DNA of 64,000 bases from Alphaproteobacteria bacterium (GTDB lineage Bacteria > Pseudomonadota > Alphaproteobacteria > MPNO01 > UBA830), in contig OZ219791.1 of the NCBI GenBank assembly GCA_964291215.2, positions 2,016,001 to 2,080,000 of the forward strand. Reading direction: 5' to 3'. Shown here piece by piece: positions 12,901 through 23,653 of the stretch; the stretch's first letter is position 1, and each line of letters begins with the position of its first letter. The notes under the pieces are model-generated. The model was given only the letters and a program-made list of their open reading frames with translations, did not search any database and was not told the DNA's origin. The translations under genes and the position numbers were made by a program.

Positions 12901-13083
12901 CGACCGATCCAGCAAGAACTCAAGCGGCGCACCTCCAAAGTCAGGGTCTTTCCGAACCTCGCCTCGTTGGAGCGCCTCTCGACCGCAGTCCTCATCGACG
13001 AAAAATGGGAAACCGAAACCAAGATCAAATGGGAACAGCTCGATCAGCTTCACGACAATTTCCAGACATCAGGTTGCGTAATC
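9906..13083 (+). mobile_element. Degenerate IS256-family element interrupted by an IS4-like element
   Basis: IRL GGTACTGTAACTTGATGTCTGGAAATT at 9906; IRR ...AATTTCCAGACATCAGGTTGCGTAATC ending 13083; fragments MYIKGVST, WQRCQFH, RTSNGIER, RVFPN. Confidence 0.88.
9984..11937 (+). mobile_element. Degenerate IS4 (IS50-like) element encoding a DUF4338-transposase fusion
   Basis: Imperfect IRs CCCTCGCATGTCAC / GTCATGACACGGCAGGG; CTAG-centred duplication on both sides; fragments CEEFAFVDARG, CLSRFLIR, READIFELF, WCLLTT, YLQRWRIE, LKSGC. Confidence 0.8.
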
Positions 13084-13922
13084 CTCGGGGTGCTGGGTCC
13101 GGTGAAGCCTCGGTCGCAGGAGACACGCCGCAGCTCGAGGGGTTCAAGGCGCTGCCACCCCGGCGGCAAGACGCGCGTCATCTCCGTCGGGAAGCCGACA
13201 TCTTCGAGCTGTTCGACACGCGCTTGCCCCGCGTCGATCTGCGCGCCAAGCATGACAGGGTGCTGAAGGAGGGAAGGCTGTTCGCCGTCATGGCCGGCGG
13301 TGCAGGCCTGATTGAGATCGAGGGACTGACGGAGCAAGCCAGCCGGAAGAAGGCCCGCGCGACAGAAGCGCCTGGCGAGTTACGGTCCGTCACCCGTGAC
13401 GGGCACCGCCCCCAGCGCGAAGCTGGTGTCCCTGCACGGGGTCAGGGAGCGCCCGAGGGTGAGGATCCCGTGGTGCCTGCTGACCACCGTGCGGGTCGGC
13501 GAAGGAGGCGGCCGACATCGTCGGCTTCTACCTTCAGCGCTGGCGAATCGAGGATTACGTGCTCAAATCCGGATGCAGGGTGGAACACCTTCTGTTCCGC
13601 ACCGGCTGCAACGGGCGATCAACGCCGTCATCGCGCATCATGACCCTGCTCGGCCGCCAGGTGCGAGCCGCAGCTGATGTTCACCGACAGCGAACTCGCG
13701 CGACTACGCACACAAGTACGCCCTGAAGGAACCGGAGCGTCTCGCTGATGCGGTGCACCTGGTCGCCCATCTCGGCGGCTACCGCAGCACGCCCGGGTCA
13801 CCAGATCATGTGGCCAGACACACCAGCGCCGCACCGGGTCACAAAATCGGGTTCCGGGATGGACAAAGACACGCGTGAACACGTAAACCATTGTCAACTA
13901 GATTTGTCATGACACGGCAGGG
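13084..13922 (+). mobile_element. 3' half of a second copy of the same IS4-like element
   Basis: Near-identical to about 11078-11937 with different small deletions; same right end followed by CTAG. Confidence 0.85.
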
Positions 13923-13992
13923 CTAGCCCCCCCAGTGAAACGCCTCAAAGCGCAAACCTCAGACAAATTTCCAGACATCAAGTTACAGTACC
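13923..13992 (-). mobile_element. IS256 left end (solo)
   Basis: Matches 16389-16457 and the reverse complement of 9906-9983. Confidence 0.85.
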
Positions 13993-14067
13993 AACCCGAA
14001 AAACGATTCGTCATCAGTAGGGGGGTGAGTAGATTCGGGTTGACACTGAAAACGTAGCCTGTTTCCT

Positions 14068-14514
14068 TCAGTGGCACGCCCGTCCGAGGGCCTTTAGCCG
14101 CCAGTAGTTGTAGGGCAACGGCGTAAGGAACCCGACAGCAAGCATGACGGGGATCACCCACCATGTCAACATTGCGCCGCCGGTTAGCACCACATCGGCC
14201 GCATTCATCGCGACTTCCATGGAAATCATGGAAATGAACGACATTCCGATCGCGGTCCGGAACGCTGCCTTGAAGCTCATTTGCCGGACAAGGATGCAGG
14301 TCTCGAGCGCGATCGACGTCAGGAGACCGTTGATGATCGCCAGGATCATGATCGCTAGCGTTGGCCAGGGTATGCCCGTCATCTGGAAAAAGGCAATGGT
14401 CCCGAAATCGCCGATGCTGCACCCGAGGAGACACCACGCCGTGTTCTTCGATGCGCGCCGCCACGTGTGACGGCATTGCCAGTCCAGCGCCAGAGGCGTC
14501 GTGGTCGCAGTCAT
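14068..14514 (-). CDS. DUF4396-family membrane protein
   Basis: TAWCLLGCSIGD, MSFISMISMEVAMN, GFLTPLPYNYW; about four hydrophobic segments. Confidence 0.8.
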   Translation of the reverse strand: MTATTTPLALDWQCRHTWRRASKNTAWCLLGCSIGDFGTIAFFQMTGIPWPTLAIMILAIINGLLTSIALETCILVRQMSFKAAFRTAIGMSFISMISMEVAMNAADVVLTGGAMLTWWVIPVMLAVGFLTPLPYNYWRLKALGRACH

Positions 14515-14544
14515 GTGCGTCTCCCTTGATTCGCGGTTCCTGCC

Positions 14545-14575
14545 AATCTAAGCTTTCCAGTTACTGGAAGGTCAA
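14545..14575 (-). promoter_or_regulatory. MerR/CueR-type promoter-operator driving the DUF4396 gene
   Basis: Minus strand TTGACC, 19-bp spacer containing dyad TTCCAG-TAA-CTGGAA, then TAGATT. Confidence 0.85.
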
Positions 14576-14592
14576 GGGGGGGGGGGGGCGGT

Positions 14593-15039
14593 ATGAACAT
14601 TTCCGCCGTATCGAGGGCTGCCGGACTGCCGACGAAGACGGTCCGCTACTATGCGGACATAGGCCTCGTGCCAGCGCCGGCACGATCTTCGGCGGGATAC
14701 AGAAGCTATGACGAAGCCTCGGTGCGAAAGCTCGTGTTCGTCCGCCGGGCGCGGGAATTTGGTTTCTCGATCGGCGAGTGCAGGGAACTTCTGGGGCTCT
14801 ACGGGAACCGGGACCGGTCGAGCGCCGATGTGAAGCGCATTGCATCCGGGCGTCTCGACGAGATCAGGAGAAAGCAGCTCGAGCTGCAGTCGTTGCACGA
14901 CGAATTGTCCCGGCTTGTCGATGCGTGCAGGGGCGACAACAGGCCGGATTGCCCGATCATCGACGGTCTCGGGGATCAGGACTCGGACAGCGGCCATGCC
15001 GGGAACAAGTGCCCGTGCGGAAATGACCGTTTTGGCTGA
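14593..15039 (+). CDS. cueR: Cu(I)-responsive MerR-family regulator
   Basis: MNI...KTVRYYADIGL HTH, RAREFGFS, SADVK, CRGDNRPDCPI metal loop. Confidence 0.9.
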   Translation: MNISAVSRAAGLPTKTVRYYADIGLVPAPARSSAGYRSYDEASVRKLVFVRRAREFGFSIGECRELLGLYGNRDRSSADVKRIASGRLDEIRRKQLELQSLHDELSRLVDACRGDNRPDCPIIDGLGDQDSDSGHAGNKCPCGNDRFG

Positions 15040-15192
15040 CCTTCCGGCGAAATTTCGGGTTTGATCTACTCCCGGGGCCTTCGGGTGCTCTGTTTGCAGG
15101 GGGAGGCCTGCCGATTCGCATCGGCACAGGACTCTTTTAACCGAGAATCCAGCGCAACTTGGCCCAATTCCAGCTGCGGGCGGATAACGTTT

Positions 15193-16457
15193 GATTACGC
15201 AACCTGATGTCTGGAAATTGTCGTGAAGCTCTCAGTCATCGAGCTGTTCCCATTTGATGTATGCCTTGGTTTCGGTTTCCCATTTTTCGTCGATGAGGAC
15301 CGCGGTTGAGAGGCGCTCCAACGAGGCGAGGTTCGGAAAGACCCTGACTTTGGAGGTGCGCCGCTTGAGCTCTTGCTGGATCGGCCGCTCTATACCGTTC
15401 GAGGTTCGCATGCGCTTGCGGTGAGCATCGGGCAAGGTGAAGACAGCGAGCCCCGCATTGTTTTCCAGCCAGGAAGCTTGGATGCTTGTCGCGATAGCTG
15501 GCCACGAGGGCGCCCAGTTCAGCCTCGGCGGTTTGGAGTGAGGAGGCGTGGCTCCGAGCTGTTTTCCAATACGTTTCCTGATGTCGTTGTTCGGTGCACG
15601 GCGTTTTGCGCCAGGTGGAACTGGCAGCGCTGCCACGTCGCCGCGCCCAGCACCGTGCCGCTTTCAGCCCGGCATCCGAGACGATGAAGGTCGTACCATG
15701 CAGGGCTAGCAAGCTTTCCAGGAAGGCTCTCCAATGGACCTCGGCCTCGGAGAGCGCCACAGAGAGCCCCAGAACGTGCCTGCAGCCCCTATTCCGATGG
15801 CCGAGAGCACTGCAACATCGCGCACAACGCCGTCATGGCGGGCTTTTTCGTAGCGCGCATCCAGGATCAGGTATTTCATCAGCCCAAGGGGCCGGTTGCG
15901 CGGTGAGTTCTTCGTCGAGCAACCTGGTGGCCCGGCTGACCTGAGAAGAGGACAGGCTCCCGAACTCGCGCATTACATCCTGCCGTGTGGAAACACCCTT
16001 GATGTACATCTCGGCTACGGCCAGCATGACGGCGCGAGAAGATCGCTGGCCGCGTTCAAGCGACTGGGGATAGAACGGGTTGTCCCCGTGACCGGCCGTC
16101 TTTGGCACCTGAACGGTAACAGTGGGGGTGTCGATCCGCTTGTAGCCGTTGGCATAGCCCTGTCGCTCCGGCGTCCGGTGGCCCGCTTTCAAGTACTGCT
16201 CGCGCTCGATTTGCATCGCAAGCTCGAAGAGCTGGCCAAAGACCCGCCCCGGATCCGTTGCTCCGTTTGCGATCAGATGTTCCAAAACAGTCCCGATCGT
16301 CGTAGTGTGTCGCAGGTCCATTCGCTTCCTCCATGAAGGTTTTCCAACTCCATGGGATAGCACGATGGCGCCGCGTTTCACTGGGGGGCTAGCCCCCCAG
16401 TGAAACGCCTCAAAGCGCAAACCTCAGACAAATTTCCAGACATCAAGTTACAGTACC
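15193..16457 (-). mobile_element. Degenerate but end-complete IS256-family element
   Basis: Both IRs present; 8-bp TSD TAACGTTT at 15185-15192 and 16458-16465; frameshifted transposase; internal palindrome GCGTTTCACTGGGGGG-CTAG-CCCCCCAGTGAAACGC. Confidence 0.92.
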
Positions 16458-17004
16458 TAACGTTTCGCGTGGCAATTCTCGCGAAGCTTTCCGAAAAGCC
16501 GGCGGATTCCCGGTTTGATCGGTCAATTCCCGCCCCAAAACGAGATTCTTCGCCCCCTCTATACCACGATTTCTCTAATAAAATCATTCTGTTGTACATT
16601 TTTGGGCGGGCACGAACTAGGGCAAGCGTTCGATCACGGGGTGATTGTTGGTGATCGTCACCGGTTGAGGATGCGTTTTGTCGGCAGATTGTCAGAAGGT
16701 TCGGAACCGACCAGAATCAGTCGTCACCGCGTGACCGAACGCTTACGAACCGGGTTCGCGTGCCGGGCGGTAGGCTTGGAATCGGCTTCGTTCAGCAGGC
16801 GGCCGGGCTTCTGACCACTGGCGGAACAGGCTGATCGGTGGGTCGAAGCGCCCCGGATTTGGCACCGGGACGGGCCGGATGCCGGGCGGGCGTGACCGAG
16901 GCTGCGGAATAGTGGCGCGGCTGCGCGTCTCGTTGGAGCCCGTTGCTGGCGTCGCATGGTGACCCGTCCTACACTGGACGCGAAGAACGTGACGGAGACG
17001 CCCC

Positions 17005-18492
17005 GTGCAGATGCCTGATCCGGACAGCGATGTTCTCGGCCGCCGCGGCGAGATTGTGCGCGCGCTCAGAGAGATCCTTCCGCGCGAATCGGTGATCGCC
17101 GAAGAGGAAGGGCTACGCGCCTACGAGTGCGACGGCCTTACGGCCTATCGTCAGCTTCCCCTGATCGTCGTTCTGCCTGAAACCACCGGCCAGGTCTCTG
17201 AGATCCTGCGTTACTGCCACGGGCGTGGCATCAAGGTCGTTCCGCGTGGCGCCGGCACCTCGTTGTCCGGCGGCGCCCTGCCGCTGGCCGACGGAATCAC
17301 GCTCGGCCTGGGAAAGTTCAACCGGATCCTGGAAGTCGACTACGGCAATCGTTGCGTTGTTGCGCAACCCGGCGTGACCAACCTTGCCCTTACCCAAGCG
17401 GTCGAAGGCGAGGGTTTCCACTATGCGCCGGATCCGTCGAGCCAGATCGCCTGTTCGATCGGCGGCAACGTTGCGGAGAATTCCGGAGGTGTTCACTGCC
17501 TCAAATACGGCCTGACGGCCAACAACCTGCTGGGCCTCGAGGTGGCGCTGATGGATGGCGAAATCGTGCGGGTCGGTGGCCGCCATCTTGATGCTGGCGG
17601 TTACGACCTCCTTGGTATCATGACTGGCTCCGAGGGCCTCCTTGGCGTGATCACGGAGGTCACGGTGCGAATCCTGCCGAAACCCTCGACCGCCCGCGCG
17701 ATGCTGATCGGGTTCCCGTCGGTGGAATCGGCTGGCGAGACGGTTGCGGCCGTCATCGGTGCCGGGATCATTCCGGGGGGGATGGAGATGATGGATCGCC
17801 CCGCGATCCATGCCGCCGAAGCCTTCGTCAATGCCGGGTACCCGCTGGATGCCGAAGCTCTGCTGATCGTGGAGCTGGACGGGCCGGAGGTTGAGGTTGA
17901 CCATCTCATTGCTCGGGTCGAGGCCGTTGCCGGGGACCTGGGCGCCCAGTCGATCCGGGTCAGCACCAGCGAAGCCGAACGGGATTCCTTCTGGGCAGGA
18001 CGCAAGGCGGCGTTCCCGGCGGTCGGACGAATCTCGCCGGATTACTACTGTATGGACGGCACCATTCCGCGCCACCGCCTTTCCGAGGTCCTCGCCGGCA
18101 TGACCGCGTTGTCCTCGAGATACGGCCTGCGCGTTGCCAACGTCTTCCATGCCGGCGACGGCAACCTGCATCCGCTGATCCTCTACGACGCCAACGTGCC
18201 GGGCGAGCTCGAGAAGGCAGAGGAATTCGGAGCGGAAATCCTCCGCCTGTGCGTCAAGGCGGGCGGCGTGCTGACCGGAGAACACGGCGTCGGAGTCGAG
18301 AAGCGCGATCTCATGAACGAGGTTTTCACCGAAACCGACCTCGCACATCAGCAGCGCGTCAAGTGCGCCTTCGACCCGACACAACAGCTCAATCCGGGAA
18401 AGGTGTTTCCGACGCTGCATCGCTGCGCCGAACTCGGGCGCGTGCACATTCACCGAGGCCAGACCCGTTTTGCTGACCTTCCACGTTTCTGA
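17005..18492 (+). CDS. glcD: Glycolate oxidase FAD-linked subunit
   Basis: PRGAGTSLSGG, APDPSSQIACSIGGN, HAGDGNLHP, GEHGVG. Confidence 0.95.
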   Translation: MQMPDPDSDVLGRRGEIVRALREILPRESVIAEEEGLRAYECDGLTAYRQLPLIVVLPETTGQVSEILRYCHGRGIKVVPRGAGTSLSGGALPLADGITLGLGKFNRILEVDYGNRCVVAQPGVTNLALTQAVEGEGFHYAPDPSSQIACSIGGNVAENSGGVHCLKYGLTANNLLGLEVALMDGEIVRVGGRHLDAGGYDLLGIMTGSEGLLGVITEVTVRILPKPSTARAMLIGFPSVESAGETVAAVIGAGIIPGGMEMMDRPAIHAAEAFVNAGYPLDAEALLIVELDGPEVEVDHLIARVEAVAGDLGAQSIRVSTSEAERDSFWAGRKAAFPAVGRISPDYYCMDGTIPRHRLSEVLAGMTALSSRYGLRVANVFHAGDGNLHPLILYDANVPGELEKAEEFGAEILRLCVKAGGVLTGEHGVGVEKRDLMNEVFTETDLAHQQRVKCAFDPTQQLNPGKVFPTLHRCAELGRVHIHRGQTRFADLPRF

Positions 18493-18594
18493 TCCGGGAG
18501 CGGGAGATACTCGCCGGGAGTCGGTGCGCCGGTCCCGGAAGCCTCGGGCTCCATCGCTGGAACGGGGATGCCGGCAAGCCCGGAACGAAGTTCG

Positions 18595-19815
18595 ATGAAC
18601 GGCGAATACCGTCCGCAATCCGCCGCAGATGCAGCCGAGATCATCGCGGCGGCACTCGGCGCCGAGACGCCGCTCGAGGTGGGCGGGGCAGGGACCAAGT
18701 GCGGAATCGGACGGCCGATCGAAGCCGAGTTCCGCATCACGTCGGCGGAGCTTTCCGGCCTGACGCTCTACGAGCCCGAGGAGCTGGTACTTGGCGTTCG
18801 ACCCGGAACCCCGATGGCACAACTTCAGCTGCATCTCGATCAGCATCGGCAGATGCTGGCATTCGAGCCGCCCGACTTCGGTGCTCTCCTGGGCAGCGGC
18901 GGTGGGCAGACCATCGGCGGGGTCGTCGCCGGCAATCTCTCCGGACCCCGGCGCATCAAGGCTGGCGCGGCGCGCGATCACTTCCTCGGGTTCGAGGCGG
19001 TGTCGGGCCGCGGCGAGGCGTTCCGGTCAGGCGGCCGCGTCGTCAAGAACGTCACCGGCTACGATCTCTGCAAGCTCATGTGCGGTTCGTGGGGCACGCT
19101 CGGGCTGCTGACGGAGCTCACGCTCAAGGTCATGCCGGCGCCCGAGCATACAAGCACCGTTCTTCTGGCGTGTCCCGACCCGCGCGTCGCGGTCCGCGCC
19201 ATGGCGGTGGCGCTCGGCGGGCCCAACGAAGTTTCGGCGGCGGCCTGGATTTCCGACGATGCCGCGATGTCCTGCCCCCTGTCCGCAATCGCCGCACCCG
19301 GGAGGGCCCTGGCGGCGTTGCGGCTTGAAGGGTTCGAAGCCTCGGTGCGGGCACGGTGCGCGGCACTCCATGCCGCGCTGTCCTCCTTTGGCGATACCGC
19401 GGAGCTCGACAGCGGCGATTCACTCACCCTGTGGCGGTTCGTCGGCGACGCGGCTGCATTCGCCGACGACATGGAAAGCGCGATATGGCGCGTGTCGGTC
19501 CCGCCGTCTGCGGGGGCGGAGTTCTTCGTCGGGGCCCGCGACATGCTCGGAGCGCGCGGCTGGCTCGACTGGGGCGGCGGGCTGGTGTGGCTTGCAGTCG
19601 CCGACAGCGAAGACGCCGGCGCCGTCTTCCTTCGCGCTGCGGCAGGAGAGAGCGGCGGCCACGCCATGCTGCTGCGCGGGAGTGAGGAGCAGCGCGCAAG
19701 GTTCGGCACGTTTCAGCCCGAGCCGGTGGCGCTCACCCGACTTACCCGGCGGATCAAGGAGGCGTTCGATCCGGGCGGAATCCTCAATGCCGGACGGATG
19801 TACGAGGGCATCTGA
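18595..19815 (+). CDS. glcE: Glycolate oxidase FAD-binding subunit
   Basis: YEPEELV, GPRRIKAGAARD, GGRVVKNVTGYD, FDPGGILNAGR; start may be 18568. Confidence 0.93.
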   Translation: MNGEYRPQSAADAAEIIAAALGAETPLEVGGAGTKCGIGRPIEAEFRITSAELSGLTLYEPEELVLGVRPGTPMAQLQLHLDQHRQMLAFEPPDFGALLGSGGGQTIGGVVAGNLSGPRRIKAGAARDHFLGFEAVSGRGEAFRSGGRVVKNVTGYDLCKLMCGSWGTLGLLTELTLKVMPAPEHTSTVLLACPDPRVAVRAMAVALGGPNEVSAAAWISDDAAMSCPLSAIAAPGRALAALRLEGFEASVRARCAALHAALSSFGDTAELDSGDSLTLWRFVGDAAAFADDMESAIWRVSVPPSAGAEFFVGARDMLGARGWLDWGGGLVWLAVADSEDAGAVFLRAAAGESGGHAMLLRGSEEQRARFGTFQPEPVALTRLTRRIKEAFDPGGILNAGRMYEGI

Positions 19816-19818
19816 GCG

Positions 19819-21135
19819 ATGCAGACCAACTTCACGCTTGCCCAGCTTGCCGATCCCGACATGGCGGAGTCGGAGCGCATCCTCCGCACCTGCGTTCATT
19901 GCGGTTTCTGCAACGCCACCTGTCCGACCTTCGGGCTGCTCGGCGACGAACTCGACGGACCGCGCGGCCGCATCTACCTGATCAAGGACATGCTCGAGAA
20001 CGACCGGACGCCGGGCAGCCGCACGGTGCAGCATGTCGATCGCTGCCTGTCCTGCCTGTCCTGCATGACCACCTGCCCGTCCGGCGTCAACTACAAGCAT
20101 CTTGTCGATCACGCGCGGGCGCGCATCGAGCAGACCTGCCGCCGCCCCCTGTTCGAGCGGCTCGTCCGTCATCTTCTCGCAACGTTCCTGCCGCGGCCGC
20201 GCCGGTTTCGCCTGCTGCTGCGCGCCGCTTCGCTGGCGCGCGTCGCCCGCCCGGTGCTGCCGGCCCGCCTGAGGCAGATGCTAGCGCTGGTTCCTGGCGG
20301 CGCCACCGCGCCGCCGATGCCGGGCCGCCAGGTCTGGTCGGCCGAAGGCGGAAGAAAGCACCGGGTCGCGCTGCTGCCGGGATGTGTTCAGCAGGTGCTG
20401 GAGCCCTCCATAAACGAGGCGACCATCAGTGTGCTTGTCCGTCACGGCTGCGAAGTCGTCGTGCCCGGAGATGTCGGTTGCTGCGGTGCCCTCGAGCATC
20501 ATCTCGGGCGGTCCGACGGCGCCCGACGGGCGGCGGCGCGGAACGTCCATGCCCTCATGCGCGAAATAGAGGGAGACGGGATCAATGCCGTCATCGTCAA
20601 TGCTTCGGGATGCGGCACGATGCTCAAGGATTACGGGTTTCTTCTGCGTGACGACCGGGCGCTGTTCGGAGACGCGGAACGCGTAGCGTCGCTTGCACGT
20701 GACGTCTCGGAGTTCCTCTCCGGGCTGGAATTGTCATTTGCCGGCCCGGCGAACGGCCTCAGGGTTACCTATCACAACCCGTGTTCGCTGCTGCATGGGC
20801 AGAAGATCTCGGCGCCGCCACGGGATCTGCTGGTCGCGGCGGGATTCACACTGTCGGAACCGGCCGAAGGCCACCTGTGTTGCGGCTCCGCCGGAACCTA
20901 CAACATGCTTCAGCCCGAGCTCGCGCTGAAGCTTCGCACCCGCAAGGCGCAGAACCTTGCGCAAACGGCGCCCGATGTGGTGGCAACCGGCAATATAGGC
21001 TGCATGGTGCAGCTTCGCCCCGCCATGGAAGCTCCCGTCGTGCACACGGTAGAACTCCTGGACTGGGCGACCGGCGGCCGGACGCCGGACGGACTCGTGC
21101 GCCGCGGTGGTCAGTCGCCGGCCGAGGAGGGCTGA
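19819..21135 (+). CDS. glcF: Glycolate oxidase iron-sulfur subunit
   Basis: CVHCGFCNATCP, CLSCLSCMTTCP and two CCG domains. Confidence 0.95.
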   Translation: MQTNFTLAQLADPDMAESERILRTCVHCGFCNATCPTFGLLGDELDGPRGRIYLIKDMLENDRTPGSRTVQHVDRCLSCLSCMTTCPSGVNYKHLVDHARARIEQTCRRPLFERLVRHLLATFLPRPRRFRLLLRAASLARVARPVLPARLRQMLALVPGGATAPPMPGRQVWSAEGGRKHRVALLPGCVQQVLEPSINEATISVLVRHGCEVVVPGDVGCCGALEHHLGRSDGARRAAARNVHALMREIEGDGINAVIVNASGCGTMLKDYGFLLRDDRALFGDAERVASLARDVSEFLSGLELSFAGPANGLRVTYHNPCSLLHGQKISAPPRDLLVAAGFTLSEPAEGHLCCGSAGTYNMLQPELALKLRTRKAQNLAQTAPDVVATGNIGCMVQLRPAMEAPVVHTVELLDWATGGRTPDGLVRRGGQSPAEEG

Positions 21136-21158
21136 GTCCGGTTCAGGCCACTGGCCGC

Positions 21159-22889
21159 TTATCCCCGTCCTGCCTCTTCGTCGTCGAGGATGACGTTGAG
21201 AATTGCAGTGCGGCCCTCTGCGACGGCGGCATTCGCTTCCTCGAGCGCCGACGCCAGCTCATCCTGCCGTTCGACCCGTTGCCCGTGGAAATCGAAAGGC
21301 CTCGCGAGTTCGGCGTAGTCGAGGTCGGTGATGGGATGGCCGTGGGAGGCGTTTTGGCTCGCCGCGATGCCGTCCGGATAGAAGGCGTGGTGTTCCTTGC
21401 GCATGGCCGCATAGCCGCCGTTGTTGAAAATCACGATCATCACGGGGAGGTTCTTGTGCTTGGATAAGGCGAGGCTCTGCATCACCGGATTGTACATGAA
21501 CGAGCCGTCGCCGATGGTGGCGACCGCCGTGCGGTCGGGTCTCGCGAGTTTTGTGCCAAGTGTGAGGCCGAGGCCCTGGCCGAGGCCGCCGCTGGAGACC
21601 TTGAAGTAGCTAGATGGCCCGCCGAACCTGAGATGCTGGTTGATCGGCCTGCGGTGGGTGATCGTCTCGTCGACATAGATGGCGTCCGTGGGCATCACCT
21701 CGGCCATCGTTGCGCACAGGCTCACGGCGCCGATCGTTTCCTGCCTTCGCGCCGCATCGGCGGTGGCCTGCAGGCTGCCGGCCATCCTGTCATGGGCGGC
21801 CGTCCAGCGTTCGAGGCGTTCGCCGATCTGGCCGGCGTCGAGTTGCCGCGCGCGCAGCAGTTCCGTGAGTCGCCGCAGCGTCGCCACCGCATCGCCTTCG
21901 AGGAAGATGTCCGCCTGCAGGTTCTGATGCACCATGTGCGGGCGAAACGGCGTCTCGTCGATATTGACGACGGTCGCGCGTGCCGGCCTGTTGCCGGGAG
22001 GAGACCACGGAGCGCGGCTGCGGAGCGTCAGCACGAGATCGGCTTCGTGTATCCAGTCCGGCGTTCCGAAGCCCTGGTACAGCGGGTGGTCTTTTGGAAA
22101 GTTGTTGAAATCGATCCAGGTGCTCTCCGCCACCGGAATGGCGAGCAGTTCGGCGAGTTCGACCAGGGCTTCGTATCCTGCCGGGTCGCGGCCTATCGAC
22201 TCGGCAACGATGGCCGGCGCTTCGGCGCCGGTGAGGAGATCGGCGACATGGGCAATATCTTCGTCCGGCGCCCGCGGACGGACGGCGGTCGGAACCTTGT
22301 CCAGATTTCGCGGCGGAGTCCATGTGTCCAGCATGGTCTCTATCGGCACGGTCATGAAGACCGGGCCGGGAGGCGGCCTCTGTGCCATCTCGCCGGCGCG
22401 GACGAGCTGTTCGTGCAGCGTGTGGGAACTGCTCACCGGATGCGACCATTTCACGATCGAGTTGACGAGAGCATGGGGACCGCCGACGACGCTGAGCATC
22501 CCCTGCCACTGGGGCCCGGGATCGAAGCCCTCCTGCTCGCCGTAAGTCAGCGACTCGCCGGAAACGACAAGCATCGGGATGCCCTGCCGGTTGGCGGCGT
22601 CGATACCCATGGATCCCTGGAGAAGGCCCACTCCGGTATGCAGCATCACTGCCTGCATGCGGCCGGTCATTGCCGTGTAGCCCATCGCGAGCCCGACGGC
22701 AAGAGTCTCGTGGGCGCAACTCAGATAGGCCGGCCCGTCCGAGCCGGTCGCGTCCTGGCGCGCGAGAGCTTCCCATACCGCGCCCCACTCCGAACCCGGG
22801 GAAGCCATGACATAGTCGATATCAAGCCGACGAAAGGCTTCGAGGATCGCCTCGCCGCCATCCGGAAAGTTCCCGGTCGTTCCTTCCAT
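21159..22889 (-). CDS. Thiamine-pyrophosphate-dependent enzyme (ALS/decarboxylase-like)
   Basis: PGSE, CAHE, GDGSF...NNGGY TPP-binding motif. Confidence 0.9.
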   Translation of the reverse strand: MEGTTGNFPDGGEAILEAFRRLDIDYVMASPGSEWGAVWEALARQDATGSDGPAYLSCAHETLAVGLAMGYTAMTGRMQAVMLHTGVGLLQGSMGIDAANRQGIPMLVVSGESLTYGEQEGFDPGPQWQGMLSVVGGPHALVNSIVKWSHPVSSSHTLHEQLVRAGEMAQRPPPGPVFMTVPIETMLDTWTPPRNLDKVPTAVRPRAPDEDIAHVADLLTGAEAPAIVAESIGRDPAGYEALVELAELLAIPVAESTWIDFNNFPKDHPLYQGFGTPDWIHEADLVLTLRSRAPWSPPGNRPARATVVNIDETPFRPHMVHQNLQADIFLEGDAVATLRRLTELLRARQLDAGQIGERLERWTAAHDRMAGSLQATADAARRQETIGAVSLCATMAEVMPTDAIYVDETITHRRPINQHLRFGGPSSYFKVSSGGLGQGLGLTLGTKLARPDRTAVATIGDGSFMYNPVMQSLALSKHKNLPVMIVIFNNGGYAAMRKEHHAFYPDGIAASQNASHGHPITDLDYAELARPFDFHGQRVERQDELASALEEANAAVAEGRTAILNVILDDEEAGRG

Positions 22890-23020
22890 GGTTCTCTCCC
22901 TGGTCTGCGGCCGGTTTGCGCCGTCCGGCTCGGGTGTACCGGAGTTCGGCGCGGCGTGGAAAGGCCGGGGCGGTCGGCCGTCTGTCCGGGCCGGATGGGT
23001 GGTTGTCGCCGAACACCTGT

Positions 23021-23653
23021 TCAGGCGGCTTCGGCGAGATTGATCCCCATCGCCTTGGCCACCGCGGGACGGCTTTCGAGAGCGCGGTACCAGCGCTTCA
23101 CGTTCGGAAAGTCGTCAAGCGATACCCCCTGCCATTCGTAGCGCGCCGTCCATGGAAATATCGCCATGTCGGCGATCGAATAGTCAATATGCATGTAGGC
23201 GTTGTCCGCCAGATGGGCGTCAAGGACGCCCCACAGCCGCTGCGTCTCCTTGGTGTAGCGGTCGATGCCGTACTCGACCTTGGTACTGGCCCGCCGGAAA
23301 TGGTGGGCCTGGCCGAACATGGGGCCGATGCCGCCCATCTGGAACATCAGCCACTGGATGGTGATGTAGCGGTTGCGAACATCCTCGGCGGAGGGAAGGA
23401 ACTTGCCGTGCTTGTCGGCGAGATACATCAGCATCGCCCCCGACTCGAACAGCGTGAAGGGTTTTCCGTTCGGACCGTCCTGATCGATCATTGCCGGGAT
23501 CTTGCTGTTCGGGTTGATGGCAACGAACTCCGGCGTGAACTGATCGTCTTTCATGATGTTGATCGCGTGGGTCCTGTAGGGGATGCCGAGCTCCTCCAGC
23601 ATGATGAAGAGCTTGCGGCCGTTCGACGTATGCCAGTTGTAGAGATCAATCAT
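23021..23653 (-). CDS. Nu-class (YfcG-like) glutathione S-transferase
   Basis: MIDLYNWHTSNGRK, NPNSKIPA, FESGA, WLMFQMGGIGPM. Confidence 0.92.
   Translation of the reverse strand: MIDLYNWHTSNGRKLFIMLEELGIPYRTHAINIMKDDQFTPEFVAINPNSKIPAMIDQDGPNGKPFTLFESGAMLMYLADKHGKFLPSAEDVRNRYITIQWLMFQMGGIGPMFGQAHHFRRASTKVEYGIDRYTKETQRLWGVLDAHLADNAYMHIDYSIADMAIFPWTARYEWQGVSLDDFPNVKRWYRALESRPAVAKAMGINLAEAA

Noticed and set aside
13923-16457. Composite transposon carrying cueR-DUF4396 between direct IS256 copies
   Set aside because: The right IS256 has its own matching TSD on both sides, so it inserted independently.
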